In this document: piece by piece, positions 53,987 through 63,700 of the stretch
Layout: each line of letters starts with the position of its first letter
How positions within the stretch are numbered: the stretch's first letter is position 1
Origin: an uncultured Acidobacteriota bacterium
GTDB taxonomy: Bacteria; Acidobacteriota; Vicinamibacteria; Vicinamibacterales; UBA2999
Length of the DNA stretch: 64,000 nucleotides
Direction: 5' to 3'
NCBI GenBank assembly: GCA_963843885.1
Contig: CAWJMJ010000015.1
Coordinates: forward strand, 127,822-191,821
Notes under the pieces: model-generated
Told to the model about the DNA's origin: nothing
Database searches by the model: none
What the model saw: only the letters and a program-made list of their open reading frames with translations
Position numbers and translations under genes: made by a program

Positions 53987-55384
53987 GGGCGGGTTCCCGC
54001 GGCCTTGGGCAGCACGTGCATGACCAGGCGGGACTCGGGCACGAAGTAGGTCTTGGCCACGCGCTGCACGTCGGCGCGCGTCATGTTCTGGAAGATGTCG
54101 AACTCGCCGTCGGCGGTCTTGATGTCGTCGTGCAGGACTTCGGCGTGCGCCAGCGACGCCGGCCTTGTCCTGCGACCGACTCGCGGCCGAGGATGTAGTC
54201 GCGCGCGAACTGGTTCTTGGCGCGCTGCAGCTCGCGCTCGGTGATGCCGCTGCGGCCGCAGCTTGTCGAGCTCGGCGATCAGCGCCTTCTCCACCTCGTC
54301 GGGCGATCTGCCCGGGATTGACGATGCGCGACCGTGTAGAAGAGGTTCGGGTGCTCGATCAGGTTGCCGCTGCCGAAGGCGGCCACGCGCCAGCCGCTTC
54401 TCGTAGACCAGCTTGCGATAGATGCGCGAGCTGTTGCCGTCGGAGAGCACCTTGGCGAGCACGTGCAGCGGATACGAGTCGGGGTGGCCGTCGTAGGTGA
54501 TGTGGTAGCGCCACGATCACCGCCGGCAGCGGCCACGGCTCTTCGAGCGTGACCCGGCGTTCCTCGGTCTGCTTGGGCTCTTCCGGGATGTCGCGCGGCA
54601 CCGTGCCCGGTCCGCCTCGGGATACGCGCCGATAGTAGCGCGTGACCAGGTCGGTCGTCTCGGCCACGTCGAAGTCGCCGACGATCACCATGGTGGCGTT
54701 CGCCGGGCACGTAGTAGGTGTCGAAGAAGTCGCGGACGTCGTCGATGGTGGCGGCATCGAGGTCGGCCATGCTGCCGATCGACCGGGTGCTTGTAGGGAT
54801 GGACGGTGAAGGCGTGCCGGTAGAGCAGCTCGTTGAGGCTGCCGAACGGCTGGTTGTCGACGCGCATGCGCCGCTCCTCCTTCACCACTTCGCGCTCGCT
54901 GATGAAGGTCTGCTCGTCGATGCGCAGCGAGCCCATACGGTCGGCTTCCATCCACAGCACCAGCGGCAGGTACTGGGACGGGACGGTGTGCCAGTAGACG
55001 GTGGCGTCTTCGTTGGTGTAGGCGTTGGCGCTGTCCGCCGACCGACGACACGATCGAGGTGTGCTGCTCCGGCTCGACGTTCTTCGAGCCCTTGAACATC
55101 ATGTGCTCGAAGAGGTGCGCGAAGCCGGTGCGGCCCGGCTGCTCGTTCTTCGAGCCGACGTGGTACCAGAGTCTGGACGTGCACGATCGGCGTGGAGCTG
55201 GTCGAGGTGCAGGATGACGGTGAGGCCGTTCGGCGAGCGTGAAGCGCTGGTACTCGAGCTTCGGCGGAGCCACCGCCGCGCTGAGCGGCGTCCATAGGGC
55301 CGCCAGCGCGAGTCGGCCGGCGCATACGGCCAGGAGCGCCCGGCGCCGGACGCGGTCAACGACGGGGGCGACAAACATGTTCAT
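53983..55384 (-). pseudogene. M16-family zinc peptidase (HxxEH subunit), many frame changes
   Basis: Fragments: MNMFVAPVVDRVRRRALLAV...; YHVGSKNEQPGRTGFAHLFEHMMFKGSKN (HxxEH); LWMEADRMGSLRIDEQTFISEREVVKEERRMRVDNQPFG; ANATMVIVGDFDVAETTDLVTRYY; LAKVLSDGNSSRIYRKLVYEKRLA; the C-terminus is ...VAKTYFVPESRLVMHVLPK. They are spread over at least 6 ORFs. Confidence 0.8.
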
Positions 55385-55395
55385 GGGTGCTTCGA

Positions 55396-56455
55396 TTATG
55401 GCACGGGGGTGCCGGCGTCCCGGGCGGCTCCCGCGGCCGCGCTTCGAGCGCCGCGAGCCGCCGTCGAGGTCGAGCAGATGGCGCCGGTCTCGGGCAGCCG
55501 TCCGACCAGCACGGCGGCCTTGCGCCATTCTCGGTTGTCGATGGCCGGACAGCCCGAGATGAACCTGCCCGCGGCGACCGAGTTGGTGATGCCGGTCTGG
55601 CCGGTCGCGATCGACGCGGTCGCCGATGGTGATGTGGCCGGCGACGCCGACCTGGCCGGCCAGCACCACCGCGTCGCCGACCGTCGTGCTGCCCGAGATG
55701 CCGACTTGCGCGGCCAGCAGCACGCTCGCGCCCGAGCACCACGCCGTGGGCGATCTGCACCAGGTTGTCGATCTTGGTGCCCGGCCTTGATGCGCGTCTC
55801 GCCCACCGCCGGCCGGTCGATGGTGGTGTTGGCGCCAATCTCGACGTCGTCCTCGATCACCACCGGGCCCGTCTGCGGGATCTTCTCGTGCGGCGCCGTC
55901 GGCATGGTGCGCGAAGCCGAAGCCGTCGGCGCCGATGACGGCGCCGTTCTGCACCACCACGCGATCGCCGAGACGGCAGCGCTCGCGGATCGAGACATGT
56001 CCGTGCACCAGGCAGTCGTCGCCGATGACGGCTTCCGGCCCGACCACCGCGTGCGCCTCGATGACCGTGCGCGCCCCGAGGCGCGCGCCGCGGCCGATGA
56101 CGGCCAGTGGCCCGATGCCGACGCCCTCGCCGAGCACGACGTCGTCCCCGAGGACGGCCGTGGGATGCACGCCCACCGGCAACACCGACGGCGGGGCCAG
56201 GGCCTGCGCGGCCCGGGCGAAGGCCAGATACGGGTTGTCGACGCGCAGCACCGCGCACGGCGCGGGCGGACCGCTGGCGCCGAGGATGACCGCCGACGCC
56301 TTGGTGCCGGCCACGCCGGCGGCGTACTTCTGGTTGGCCAGGAACGTGACATCGCCGGGGCCGGCCGTATCGAGCGCGGCCACGCGCGCAACGGCGAGGG
56401 TGCCGTCGCCTTCCAGGCGAGCGCCGATGCGCTCGGCCAGCTGCTGCAGGGTCAC
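55396..56455 (-). pseudogene. lpxD: UDP-3-O-acylglucosamine N-acyltransferase, several frame changes
   Basis: The N-terminal ~190 aa are intact ([18 protein letters not shown]...hexapeptide repeats...[10 protein letters not shown]). Then [88 protein letters not shown] and [11 protein letters not shown]...REWRKAAVL lie in different frames. The 3' end is approximate. Confidence 0.8.
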
Positions 56456-56468
56456 GGGGCTGAGCCTA

Positions 56469-57155
56469 TCACGCAGGCCGAACCCCCAGCCGCTCCACGA
56501 ACGTCGTCAGGTGGCGCAGACCCAGACGTTCGGCCGCGTCGTGCAGGCGGTCTTCCCGGGCGGGCGAGGCCAGGGCCAGGGCTGCGCGCACGTCGGCCAT
56601 GTGCGGGTTGGCGGCCACGCGCCACTGGACGCGATGCAGGGCTTGCTGCGCGCCGCGCCAGGCCAGCAGGTGACCGACGGTCGTGAAGGTAAAAAAGTAG
56701 CCGAGCAGGTTCGGGCCGGGCACGATCACCAGCGCAATCGACACGACCAGGCCGAGCAGGTGGACCATGAACCAGCGCAGGTGGCGTTCGGAATCGCGCT
56801 TCAGACCCTGCCGCAGGATGGTCATCGCCTGATCGTGCGGCAGATCGGCGGGCACTTCGAGGACGGCCTCGGTGGCCGTGCGCAGGTGCCAGAGCAGGCG
56901 CTGTTCGGCGGCGCGCTCGACAATCCAGCGCAGCAACTTGCCGCGCCAGCGGGCCACCATCCCGACGGTGGCCTCGTCGACCGGCTCGTGGCACCGGTGC
57001 CGTTCGGCCTCGGCCTCACGCAGCATCTCCGACAGCCGGCGCCGCTGGCGGCTCAGCCAGCCCTCGCCCTCGACGGGCGGTTCCTCGACGCCCTCGACCG
57101 GCTCGAAGTACGGCTCGTAGCGGTCGGGGCCGATGGGAATCAGGAACACGTGCAT
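56469..57155 (-). CDS. Hypothetical membrane protein (2 predicted TM helices)
   Basis: ORF 56469..57305 trimmed to ATG 57155 (MHVFLIPIGPDRYEPYF...). The hydrophobic pair is WFMVHLLGLVVSIALVIVPGPNLLGYFFTFTTVGHLLAW. Family not recognised. Confidence 0.5.
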   Translation of the reverse strand: MHVFLIPIGPDRYEPYFEPVEGVEEPPVEGEGWLSRQRRRLSEMLREAEAERHRCHEPVDEATVGMVARWRGKLLRWIVERAAEQRLLWHLRTATEAVLEVPADLPHDQAMTILRQGLKRDSERHLRWFMVHLLGLVVSIALVIVPGPNLLGYFFTFTTVGHLLAWRGAQQALHRVQWRVAANPHMADVRAALALASPAREDRLHDAAERLGLRHLTTFVERLGVRPA

Positions 57156-57219
57156 GATGGTGTGACGCCGCGCGAGGGGCCGGAGTTCGCGTCCCTCTGC
57201 ACCGCTATGGTTCGTGCCG

Positions 57220-58128
57220 CTACGGTCCCGGCGCCTTCGGCACGCGCCGCGGAGCGCGGCTGAGCGCCACCGGAACGACGGGCTTGCCCGCCCGCTCCCA
57301 GGCACCGGTGATGAACGCGGCCGCGGTGGCCGTCGAGTCGGCGATGCGCTGGTCGACGACCGGCAGCGCCTCGACCCTGAACGCCTCGTAGAAGGTGTCG
57401 TCGTAGAACTCCCGCCCGGCCGCCGCCTTGCGGTCGGCGGCCAGCACCGGCGCCGCCAGGCGATTGCTGTCGAGCAGGACCTGGAACATGGCGCCGCGCG
57501 GATCCGTGACCGGCGCCCGCGCCGCCGGCGCCACCCGCAACTGCGTGGCGTAGCGCTCGAACAGATCCGTTTCGAAGCGTCCGTGCGCGCCCGGCTGGCC
57601 GGTCAATTGCCCGTCGTAGTTCTTGACCGCATGCAGCGGCACGTGGCCGTCGCTGACGTAGTGGGCCAGCACGGCGGCGTAGAGCACGATGTTGTCGAGC
57701 GCATACGGCGACGGCGACGGGCGCTTGAGCGACGCGAACTCGCGCGCCAGCTTGCCGTAGAACTCGGCGGTGCGCCACGGCAGAGTGCCTTCGCGCTCGA
57801 CCACGTCCCGGCCGAACTTTTCCACGGCCAGGTCGTAGTCCCGCGGCAGCGCCGCGAACGGATAGGCGCCGTAGGGCTCGGCGTCGAAATCGAGGAAGTG
57901 GTTGGGCGGCTCGCTGTCCCAGCCGACGTTGCGCCACAGGTCGGGATCGACCGACCGCTCGACGATGAACTGCTGCCGGGCCGCAAACAGCGGCCGCAGT
58001 TCCGCGGGCAGGAGGGCGATCATGCCGGCGGCGATGTGCTTGTGCGCGGCAAAGCCCCAGCCCGCGACCGGCGCCGGCAGCGTGACCAGCAACGCCAGGG
58101 CGATCGTCCAGGGAGCTGCCGTTCGCAT
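57220..58128 (-). CDS. Secreted S1/P1-nuclease / zinc phospholipase-C-like protein
   Basis: The signal MRTAAPWTIALALLVTLPAPVAG is followed by WGFAAHKHIA (mature N-terminal Trp plus His, as in S1/P1 nucleases). HYVSDGHVPLH is a metal motif. ATG 58128 is preferred over 58137 because of the -10 box. Confidence 0.55.
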   Translation of the reverse strand: MRTAAPWTIALALLVTLPAPVAGWGFAAHKHIAAGMIALLPAELRPLFAARQQFIVERSVDPDLWRNVGWDSEPPNHFLDFDAEPYGAYPFAALPRDYDLAVEKFGRDVVEREGTLPWRTAEFYGKLAREFASLKRPSPSPYALDNIVLYAAVLAHYVSDGHVPLHAVKNYDGQLTGQPGAHGRFETDLFERYATQLRVAPAARAPVTDPRGAMFQVLLDSNRLAAPVLAADRKAAAGREFYDDTFYEAFRVEALPVVDQRIADSTATAAAFITGAWERAGKPVVPVALSRAPRRVPKAPGP

Positions 58129-58135
58129 GCCTGTC

Positions 58136-58141
58136 ATTCTA
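58136..58141 (-). promoter_or_regulatory. Candidate -10 box TAGAAT, 7 nt upstream of ATG 58128
   Basis: Minus strand reads TAGAAT-gacaggc-ATG. The hexamer overlaps the alternative ATG 58137. Confidence 0.4.
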
Positions 58142-58155
58142 TCGAGGCGGAGCCG

Positions 58156-59094
58156 TCACGGCACGTCGATGACCACGCCGGCCCAGCCGTCGCGGCCCGA
58201 GGGGCCCGAGTAGCGGGCGTCGTTCACGAGCACCGTGTGTCCGGATGCCGTCGGCGTCACGACGAAGAACGGGAAGCGCGACCAGCCGAGGAACTGCCGA
58301 CCCAGTTCGGTGGCAGCCGCGGCCCGGGCCGCCGGATGGCCGGCGTTCTTGATCACGCCGTAGCCGGCCGGACGGAAATGCGGCGCCGGCGCGAAGACCA
58401 GGAATCCCTTCTCGTAGCGATCGCCGAGATCGACGAGCACCTCGCGACGGAACGGGTTGACCGGTACCGGCGTGACCATGAAGCGCGCGTGGCCCTGACC
58501 GGCCCGCGTCAGGCCGGCGCCGACCTCGGCTCGCGCCCACAGGTTCGAACCGTACATGAGCGCCACATAGAGCGTGGCGGCCGCCAGCGTGACCCGGGCG
58601 GCGCGTGTGCCGGCGGCAGCGACGCGCGCGCGCACCGCCCACGCCACGCCGAGGCCGAGCAGCAGGTAGAGCCAGGGATCGACGATGTAGAGCGCGTCGC
58701 CGTAGAACCAGCGCTGCGAGAACGGCATCAGCAGGCGGACGCCGTAGCTGTTCATGTAGTCGAGCAGGGGATGCGACCAGGTGCCGAGCGCGGCCAGCCA
58801 CAGCACCTGCATCGGCGCCACCGGCCCGGGCGCCGGGCGGCGGCGCTGCCGCACGAACCGGTCGTAGGCCATGACCAGGCCGGTGAGAGCCAGCGGCAGC
58901 AGCGCCATCGCCAGCGGCCCATGCGTCCAGCCGCGCCGGAAAGACATCTGCAACGTGCCGGTGGCCAGCACGGCGATGTCGATATCGGGCGCATTGGCCG
59001 CCAGCGCCAGCGTGGTCAAGGCCAGGGGCGTGCGCCGCTTCAATCCGGCGTGGCCCATGGCCAGGCCGGTGAGCGTGTGACAGAGCGGGTCCAT
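58156..59094 (-). CDS. Membrane-bound metal-dependent hydrolase (YdjM/DUF457-like)
   Basis: [17 protein letters not shown]...GWTHGPL...[20 protein letters not shown] is the typical DUF457 N-terminal half. Confidence 0.7.
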   Translation of the reverse strand: MDPLCHTLTGLAMGHAGLKRRTPLALTTLALAANAPDIDIAVLATGTLQMSFRRGWTHGPLAMALLPLALTGLVMAYDRFVRQRRRPAPGPVAPMQVLWLAALGTWSHPLLDYMNSYGVRLLMPFSQRWFYGDALYIVDPWLYLLLGLGVAWAVRARVAAAGTRAARVTLAAATLYVALMYGSNLWARAEVGAGLTRAGQGHARFMVTPVPVNPFRREVLVDLGDRYEKGFLVFAPAPHFRPAGYGVIKNAGHPAARAAAATELGRQFLGWSRFPFFVVTPTASGHTVLVNDARYSGPSGRDGWAGVVIDVP

Positions 59095-59104
59095 GGGTGG
59101 CGCG

Positions 59105-60826
59105 TTATCCGGAGGGGGCCAGGTCGCGCAGGTCCTTGCGCAGCACCTTCCCCACTGGCGACTTGGGGAGGTCGTCGCGGAAGCGGACGACCCGCGGCAC
59201 TTTGTAGGCGGTCAGCGACTCGCGGCAGAAGGCGCGCACCGCGGCTTCGGTCAGCGCCGGATCGCGGCGCACGACAAAGGCGCACACCACTTCGCCCGCA
59301 CATCTCGTCGGGGGTGCCGACGACCGCCACCTCGGCGACCCCGGGATGCGCGGCAATCACCGCCTCGACTTCGTTCGGGTAGACGTTGAAGCCGCTGACC
59401 AGGATCATGTCCTTCTTGCGGTCGACGATGTACAGATAAGTGTCTTCGTCGGCCGTGGCGCACGTCGCCGGTCGACAGCCAGCCGTCCCGCAGCACGCGC
59501 GCCGTTTCGTCGGGCCGCTGCCAATAGCCGGCCATCACCTGCGGCCCGCGCACCAGCAGCTCGCCGGGTTGGCCCATCGGCCACGTCGTGGCCGTCGCTC
59601 GTCGACGATGCGGCACGTCGGTGCCCGGCACCGGCACGCCGATCGAGTCGCGTCTTGTTGCGATGGAAGGGCATGAGCGCACCACCGGCGAGGTCTCGGT
59701 CAGGCCGTAGCCTTGATAGATCGGCGTCCGGGTCATCGCTTCCCAGCGCTCGCCCACCACCGGCACCAGCGCCATGCCGCCGGCCACCGTGCCCTTGAGC
59801 GTGAAGCCGGCCTGCTGCTGGAACCACGGCTCGTGCATCAACCCGGCAAAGAGCGTGTTCACGCCGGTGAGCCAGGTGGCCTGTTCGCTGGTCAGCGCCT
59901 GTCTTCAAGTTGGTCAACGGGCGCGGGCTGGGCAGGAGGATGTTGCGGCCGCCGAACACGAAGAACACCATCAGGTTCGCCGTGAACGCGAAGATATGGT
60001 ACAGCGGCAGCGCGGTAGATCACCGTCTCCTGTCCGGCAATCACGCCCGGCTTCCACACCTCGATGCACTGGACGATGTTGGCGAGCAGGTTGCGCTGCG
60101 GTGAGCACCGCGCCCTTGCGACGCCGGTCGTGCCGCCGGTGTACTGCAGCGCGGCGATGCGGTCGTGGCCCAGGCCTTCGAGATAGCGCCGCGGATCGAT
60201 GCCGGCGGCGAGCGCGCGCAGAGCCCTGGGCGATGGCGCGGTCGAAGGTGGTGTAGGCGAAGGTCGCCGCCGGCACCTGTCTTCTTCACGTAACGCTGCG
60301 CCGCGCGCACGACCGTCCGCTTCAGCCACGGCAACAGGTCGGCGATGGTGACCAGCACCACCGTGCGGATGGCCGTCCTGGCCAGCACCTTGGCGACCTT
60401 GTCGGCAAACAGGTCGATGACCACCAGCCCGGTGGCGCCGCTGTCGACGAACTGGTGCTCCATCTCGGGCGCGGTGTAGAGCGGGTTGGTGTTGACCATC
60501 ACCACCCCGGCCTTGAGCGCGCCGAAGACCACGACGGGATAGGCCAGGCAGTTGGGCATCTGCACGGCCACGCGGTCACCCGGGCCGAAGCCGGCGACCT
60601 CGCGCAGGTAGACGGCAAAGGCATCCGACAGCCGGTCGACCTCGGCGAAGGTGAGCGCGCCGCGCGTGCCGTTGGGCAGCAGCAGCGTGAACGCCTCCTG
60701 CTGCGCGTAGGTGGCGGCCGACTCCCGCACCAGCGCGGCCACCGTGGGCCAGCGGAGCGGCGGCAGGTCCTGCGCCGTCGCGGGAGCGTAGAAGCGCGTC
60801 CAGGGTCGGGTGGCCAGTGACGTCAT
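59105..60826 (-). pseudogene. fadD: Long-chain-fatty-acid--CoA ligase; 5' third intact, 3' two-thirds with many frame changes
   Basis: The N-terminal ~185 aa are in one frame (MTSLATRPWTRFYAP...VAVQMPNCLAYPVVVFGALKAGVVMVNTNPLYTAPEMEHQF...). After about 60275, fragments lie in at least 5 ORFs: LQYTGGTTGVAKG-like, [72 protein letters not shown]. Confidence 0.8.
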
Positions 60827-60846
60827 GCGTGCGCCAACTGGGACGC

Positions 60847-60852
60847 ATTGTA
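60847..60852 (-). promoter_or_regulatory. Possible -10 box TACAAT, 20 nt upstream of fadD ATG
   Basis: Minus strand reads TACAAT-n20-ATG. The box is conserved in the mirrored copy (63596-63601, plus strand). Confidence 0.3.
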
Positions 60853-60932
60853 ATGGCGACCGGCTTCCCGACCGAAACACTCCACGAGCACTCCGTGAGA
60901 ACAGGGCATCAACCTTGCAAACGCTACGTCCA

Positions 60933-61809
60933 ATGACCCGACTGTTTCGCGGCGCCGCCGGCGCCGCTCTCCTCCTGGGTGCCGCCGCCTGCAGCAAGTC
61001 GCCCGAATCCCCCACCTCGCCCTCGGTCCCCGGCCCTTCGTCAGTGACCCTGACCGCCATTGGCGCCAGCGATGCCCTGGGCGTCGGCTCGGCGGTGGTG
61101 TGCGCGCCCTTCGACCTGCAGTGCACCAACGGCACCGGCTGGGTGCAGGTGCTGTTTCGGCGGCTGCAGGCCAACGGCACGGCTACGCTGGCCAATCTGG
61201 GCGTGCCCGGCTCGGTGTTGAGCCCCGCCATCGAGACCCTGGGCCGACGCGTCGGTCGCACCTATCCGGGTAATTTCCTGACCAATCAGGCACCTTTACA
61301 TCCACCGCCAGCACGGTGGTGACGGTGTTCGCCGGCGGCAACGACGCCAACACCATCGGCCAGGTGGTGCAGGCGCAGCAGGCCGGCGACGACCCGCGAG
61401 CCTTCATCGATCAGCAGGTCGCTCAATGGGGCGACGACATGGCCGCGCTGCTGCGCGTCGTGCGCCAGCGGGCGCCGACTACCAAGATCGTGCTCCTCAA
61501 CCTGCCCAACCTCGCCGGCGCGCCCTACCTGTCGCGCAACTCGGCGCTCGAGCGCGGCATCATGCAGCGCATCGCGGTGGGGATGAGCGAGCGCGTCAAC
61601 GCGCTGGTCGCTCCAAACGTCTTCGTCGTGGACCTGATGTGCGACGCGCGTATCCTCGAGCCGGCCAGCTTCTCGAGCGACGGCTTCCATCCGAGCGATC
61701 GCGGCTACGCGCTCATGGCCGACCTGGCCTACACCGCCGTGACGAGCGCCACCTATCCCGCGCCCGCGGCCGATTGCGCGCTGAAACGCGTCGCGCCGAT
61801 CTACTCGAG
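60933..61809 (+). pseudogene. SGNH/GDSL-family hydrolase lipoprotein, two 1-nt indels in this copy
   Basis: MTRLFRGAAGAALLLGAAAC (lipobox) ...VTLTAIGASDALGVG (GDS-like block)... then a frame change at T-run 61295-61297. Next comes VVTVFAGGNDAN ... FSSDGFHPSDRGYALMA (DxxH block). The expected stop (..APIY*) is lost through an extra C near 61807. Confidence 0.7.
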
Positions 61810-61862
61810 GCCGATCCGAACCTCAACCCGGCGCCAAGCGCCTGCCCTGCCCGTCTCGCCGC

Positions 61863-62253
61863 CTACGGCACCACGACGACGACATCCGCCGACGGCGCGC
61901 CGCTGCCGGCGCTGGTGATGGCTCGCGCCCGCACGTAGTAGACGCCCGGCGGCACGTCCGAAACCACGAACGACGGGCTGGCGCCGATGGTGGCGGCGCC
62001 GATGTTGACGAGGCCAGGGGCCGAGCCGGCTTCGAGCACGTAGCCGAGGACCGGACCCGCCGGCGCGTTCCATGACAGCGTCAGCGTCGAGCCGCTCACG
62101 CTCGATGTGAGATGCGTCGGCGCGGCCGGCAGCGCATCCGACGCGCCGATGGTGAAGAACACTTCCCCGCTGGGCGCACTTGTGCCACACGCGTTGGTGG
62201 CCTGCACGCGCGCATGGAAGCTCCCCGCCGGGACCGTGCCGCTGATCGACGTG
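61863..62253 (-). CDS. 3' fragment of a fibronectin-type-III-repeat protein gene, cut off at the foldback loop
   Basis: ISGTVPAGSFHARVQATNACGTSAPSGEVFFTIG, then PAAPTHLTSSVSGSTLTLSWNAPAGPVLGYVLEAGSAPG...PPGVYYVRARAITSAGSGAPSADVVVVVP* (Fn3 hallmarks W, Y.V.V, G.S). The upstream part of the gene is missing because the sequence folds back at 62201-62253. Confidence 0.6.
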
Positions 62254-63700
62254 CCACCAACGCGTGTGGCACAAGTGCGCCCAGCGGGGAAGTGTTCTTC
62301 ACCATCGGCGCGTCGGATGCGCTGGGGGCCGCGCCGACGCATCTCGCATCAACGTAGCAGCTCGACGCTGACGCTGTCATGGAACGCGCCGGCGGGTCCA
62401 GTTGCCTCGCTACGTGCTCGAAGCCGGCTCGGCCCCTGGCCTCGTCGACTTTGGCACCGCCCACCATCGGCGCCAGCCCATCGTTCGTGGTTTCGGACGT
62501 GCCGCCGGGCGTCTACTACGTCGGGCGCGAGCCATCACCAGCGCCGGCAGCGGCGCGCCGTCGGCGGATGTCGTCGTCGTGGTGCCGTAGGCGGGGAGAC
62601 GGGCAGGGCAGGCGCTTGGCGCCGGGTTGAGGTTCGGATCGGCCTCAGTAATCGGCGCGACGCGTTTCAGCGCGCAATCGGCCGCGGGCGCGGGATAGGT
62701 GGCGCTCGTCACCGCGGTGTAGGCCAGGTCGGCCATGAGCGCGTAGCCGCGATCGCTCGGATGGAAGCCGTCGCTCGAGAAGCTGGCCGGCTCGAGGATA
62801 CGCGCGTCGCACATCAGGTCCACGACGAAGACGTTTGGAGCGACCAGCGCGTTGACGCGCTCGCTCATCCCCACCGCGATGCGCTGCATGATGCCGCGCT
62901 CGAGCGCCGAGTGCGCGACAGGTAGGGCGCGCCGGCGAGTTAGGGCAGGTTGAGGAGCACGATCTTGGTAGTCGGCGCCGGCTGGCGCACGACGCGCAGC
63001 AGCGCGGCCATGTCGTCGCCCCATTGAGCGACCTGTGATCGATGAAGGCTCGCGGTCGTCGCCCGGCCTGCTGCGCCTGCACCACCTGGCCGATGGCGTT
63101 GGCGTCGTTGCCGCCGGCAAACACCTCACCACCGTGCTGGCGGTGGATGTAAAAGGTGCCTGATTGGTCAGGAAATTACCCGGATAGGTGCGACCGACGC
63201 GTCGCCCAGGTGCTCGATGGCGGGGCTCAAGACCGAGCCCGGCACGCCCAGATTGGTCAGCGTAGCCGTGCCGTTCGCTTGCAGCCGCCGAAAGAGCACC
63301 TGCACCCAGCCGGTGCCGTTGGTGCACTGCAGGTCGAAGGGCGCGCACACCACCGCCGGAACCGACGGCCAGGCCATCGCAAGGACAATGGCGGTCAGGG
63401 TCACCGACGAAGGGCCGGGGCCCGAGGGCGAGGTGGGGGATTCGGGCGACTTGCTGCAGGCGGCGGCAGCCAGGAGGAGGGCGGCGCCGGCGGCGCCGCG
63501 AAACAGTCGGGTGATTGGCTGTAGCTTCTGCAAGGTTGATGCCCTGATTCTCACGGAGTGCTCGTGGACTCGTTCGGTCGGGAAGCCGGTCCGCATACAA
63601 TGCGTCCCAGTTGGCGCACGCATGACGTCACTGGCCACCAACCCTGGACGCGCTTCTACGCTCCGCGACGGCGCAGGACCTGCCGCCGCTCCACTGGCCC
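62254..63700. repeat. Right arm of the foldback (mirror copy with substitutions and indels; no intact gene)
   Basis: It mirrors the Fn3 3' end (62254-62590), the SGNH gene (about 62645-63515, minus; ATG replaced by ATC at 63513-63515) and the fadD promoter plus first ~26 codons (ATG 63622, plus). About 1 in 10 positions differ in a hand-aligned 120-nt sample. Confidence 0.9.

Larger units (their letters stand above)
60746..62200. repeat. Left arm of the ~1.45-kb foldback inverted duplication (near-intact copy)
   Basis: 62151-62200 is the exact reverse complement of 62254-62303. The alignment continues outward to 60746 / 63700. Confidence 0.9.

Noticed and set aside
54359-56455. 698-aa ORF
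   Set aside because: Only its first ~190 aa (lpxD N-terminus) and scattered M16 pieces are real. The rest is out-of-frame read-through across the indel patch.
62410-63600. 396-aa minus-strand ORF in the right foldback arm
   Set aside because: It is a mosaic of out-of-frame segments of the mirrored SGNH gene and spacer. The SGNH start codon is lost in this copy.
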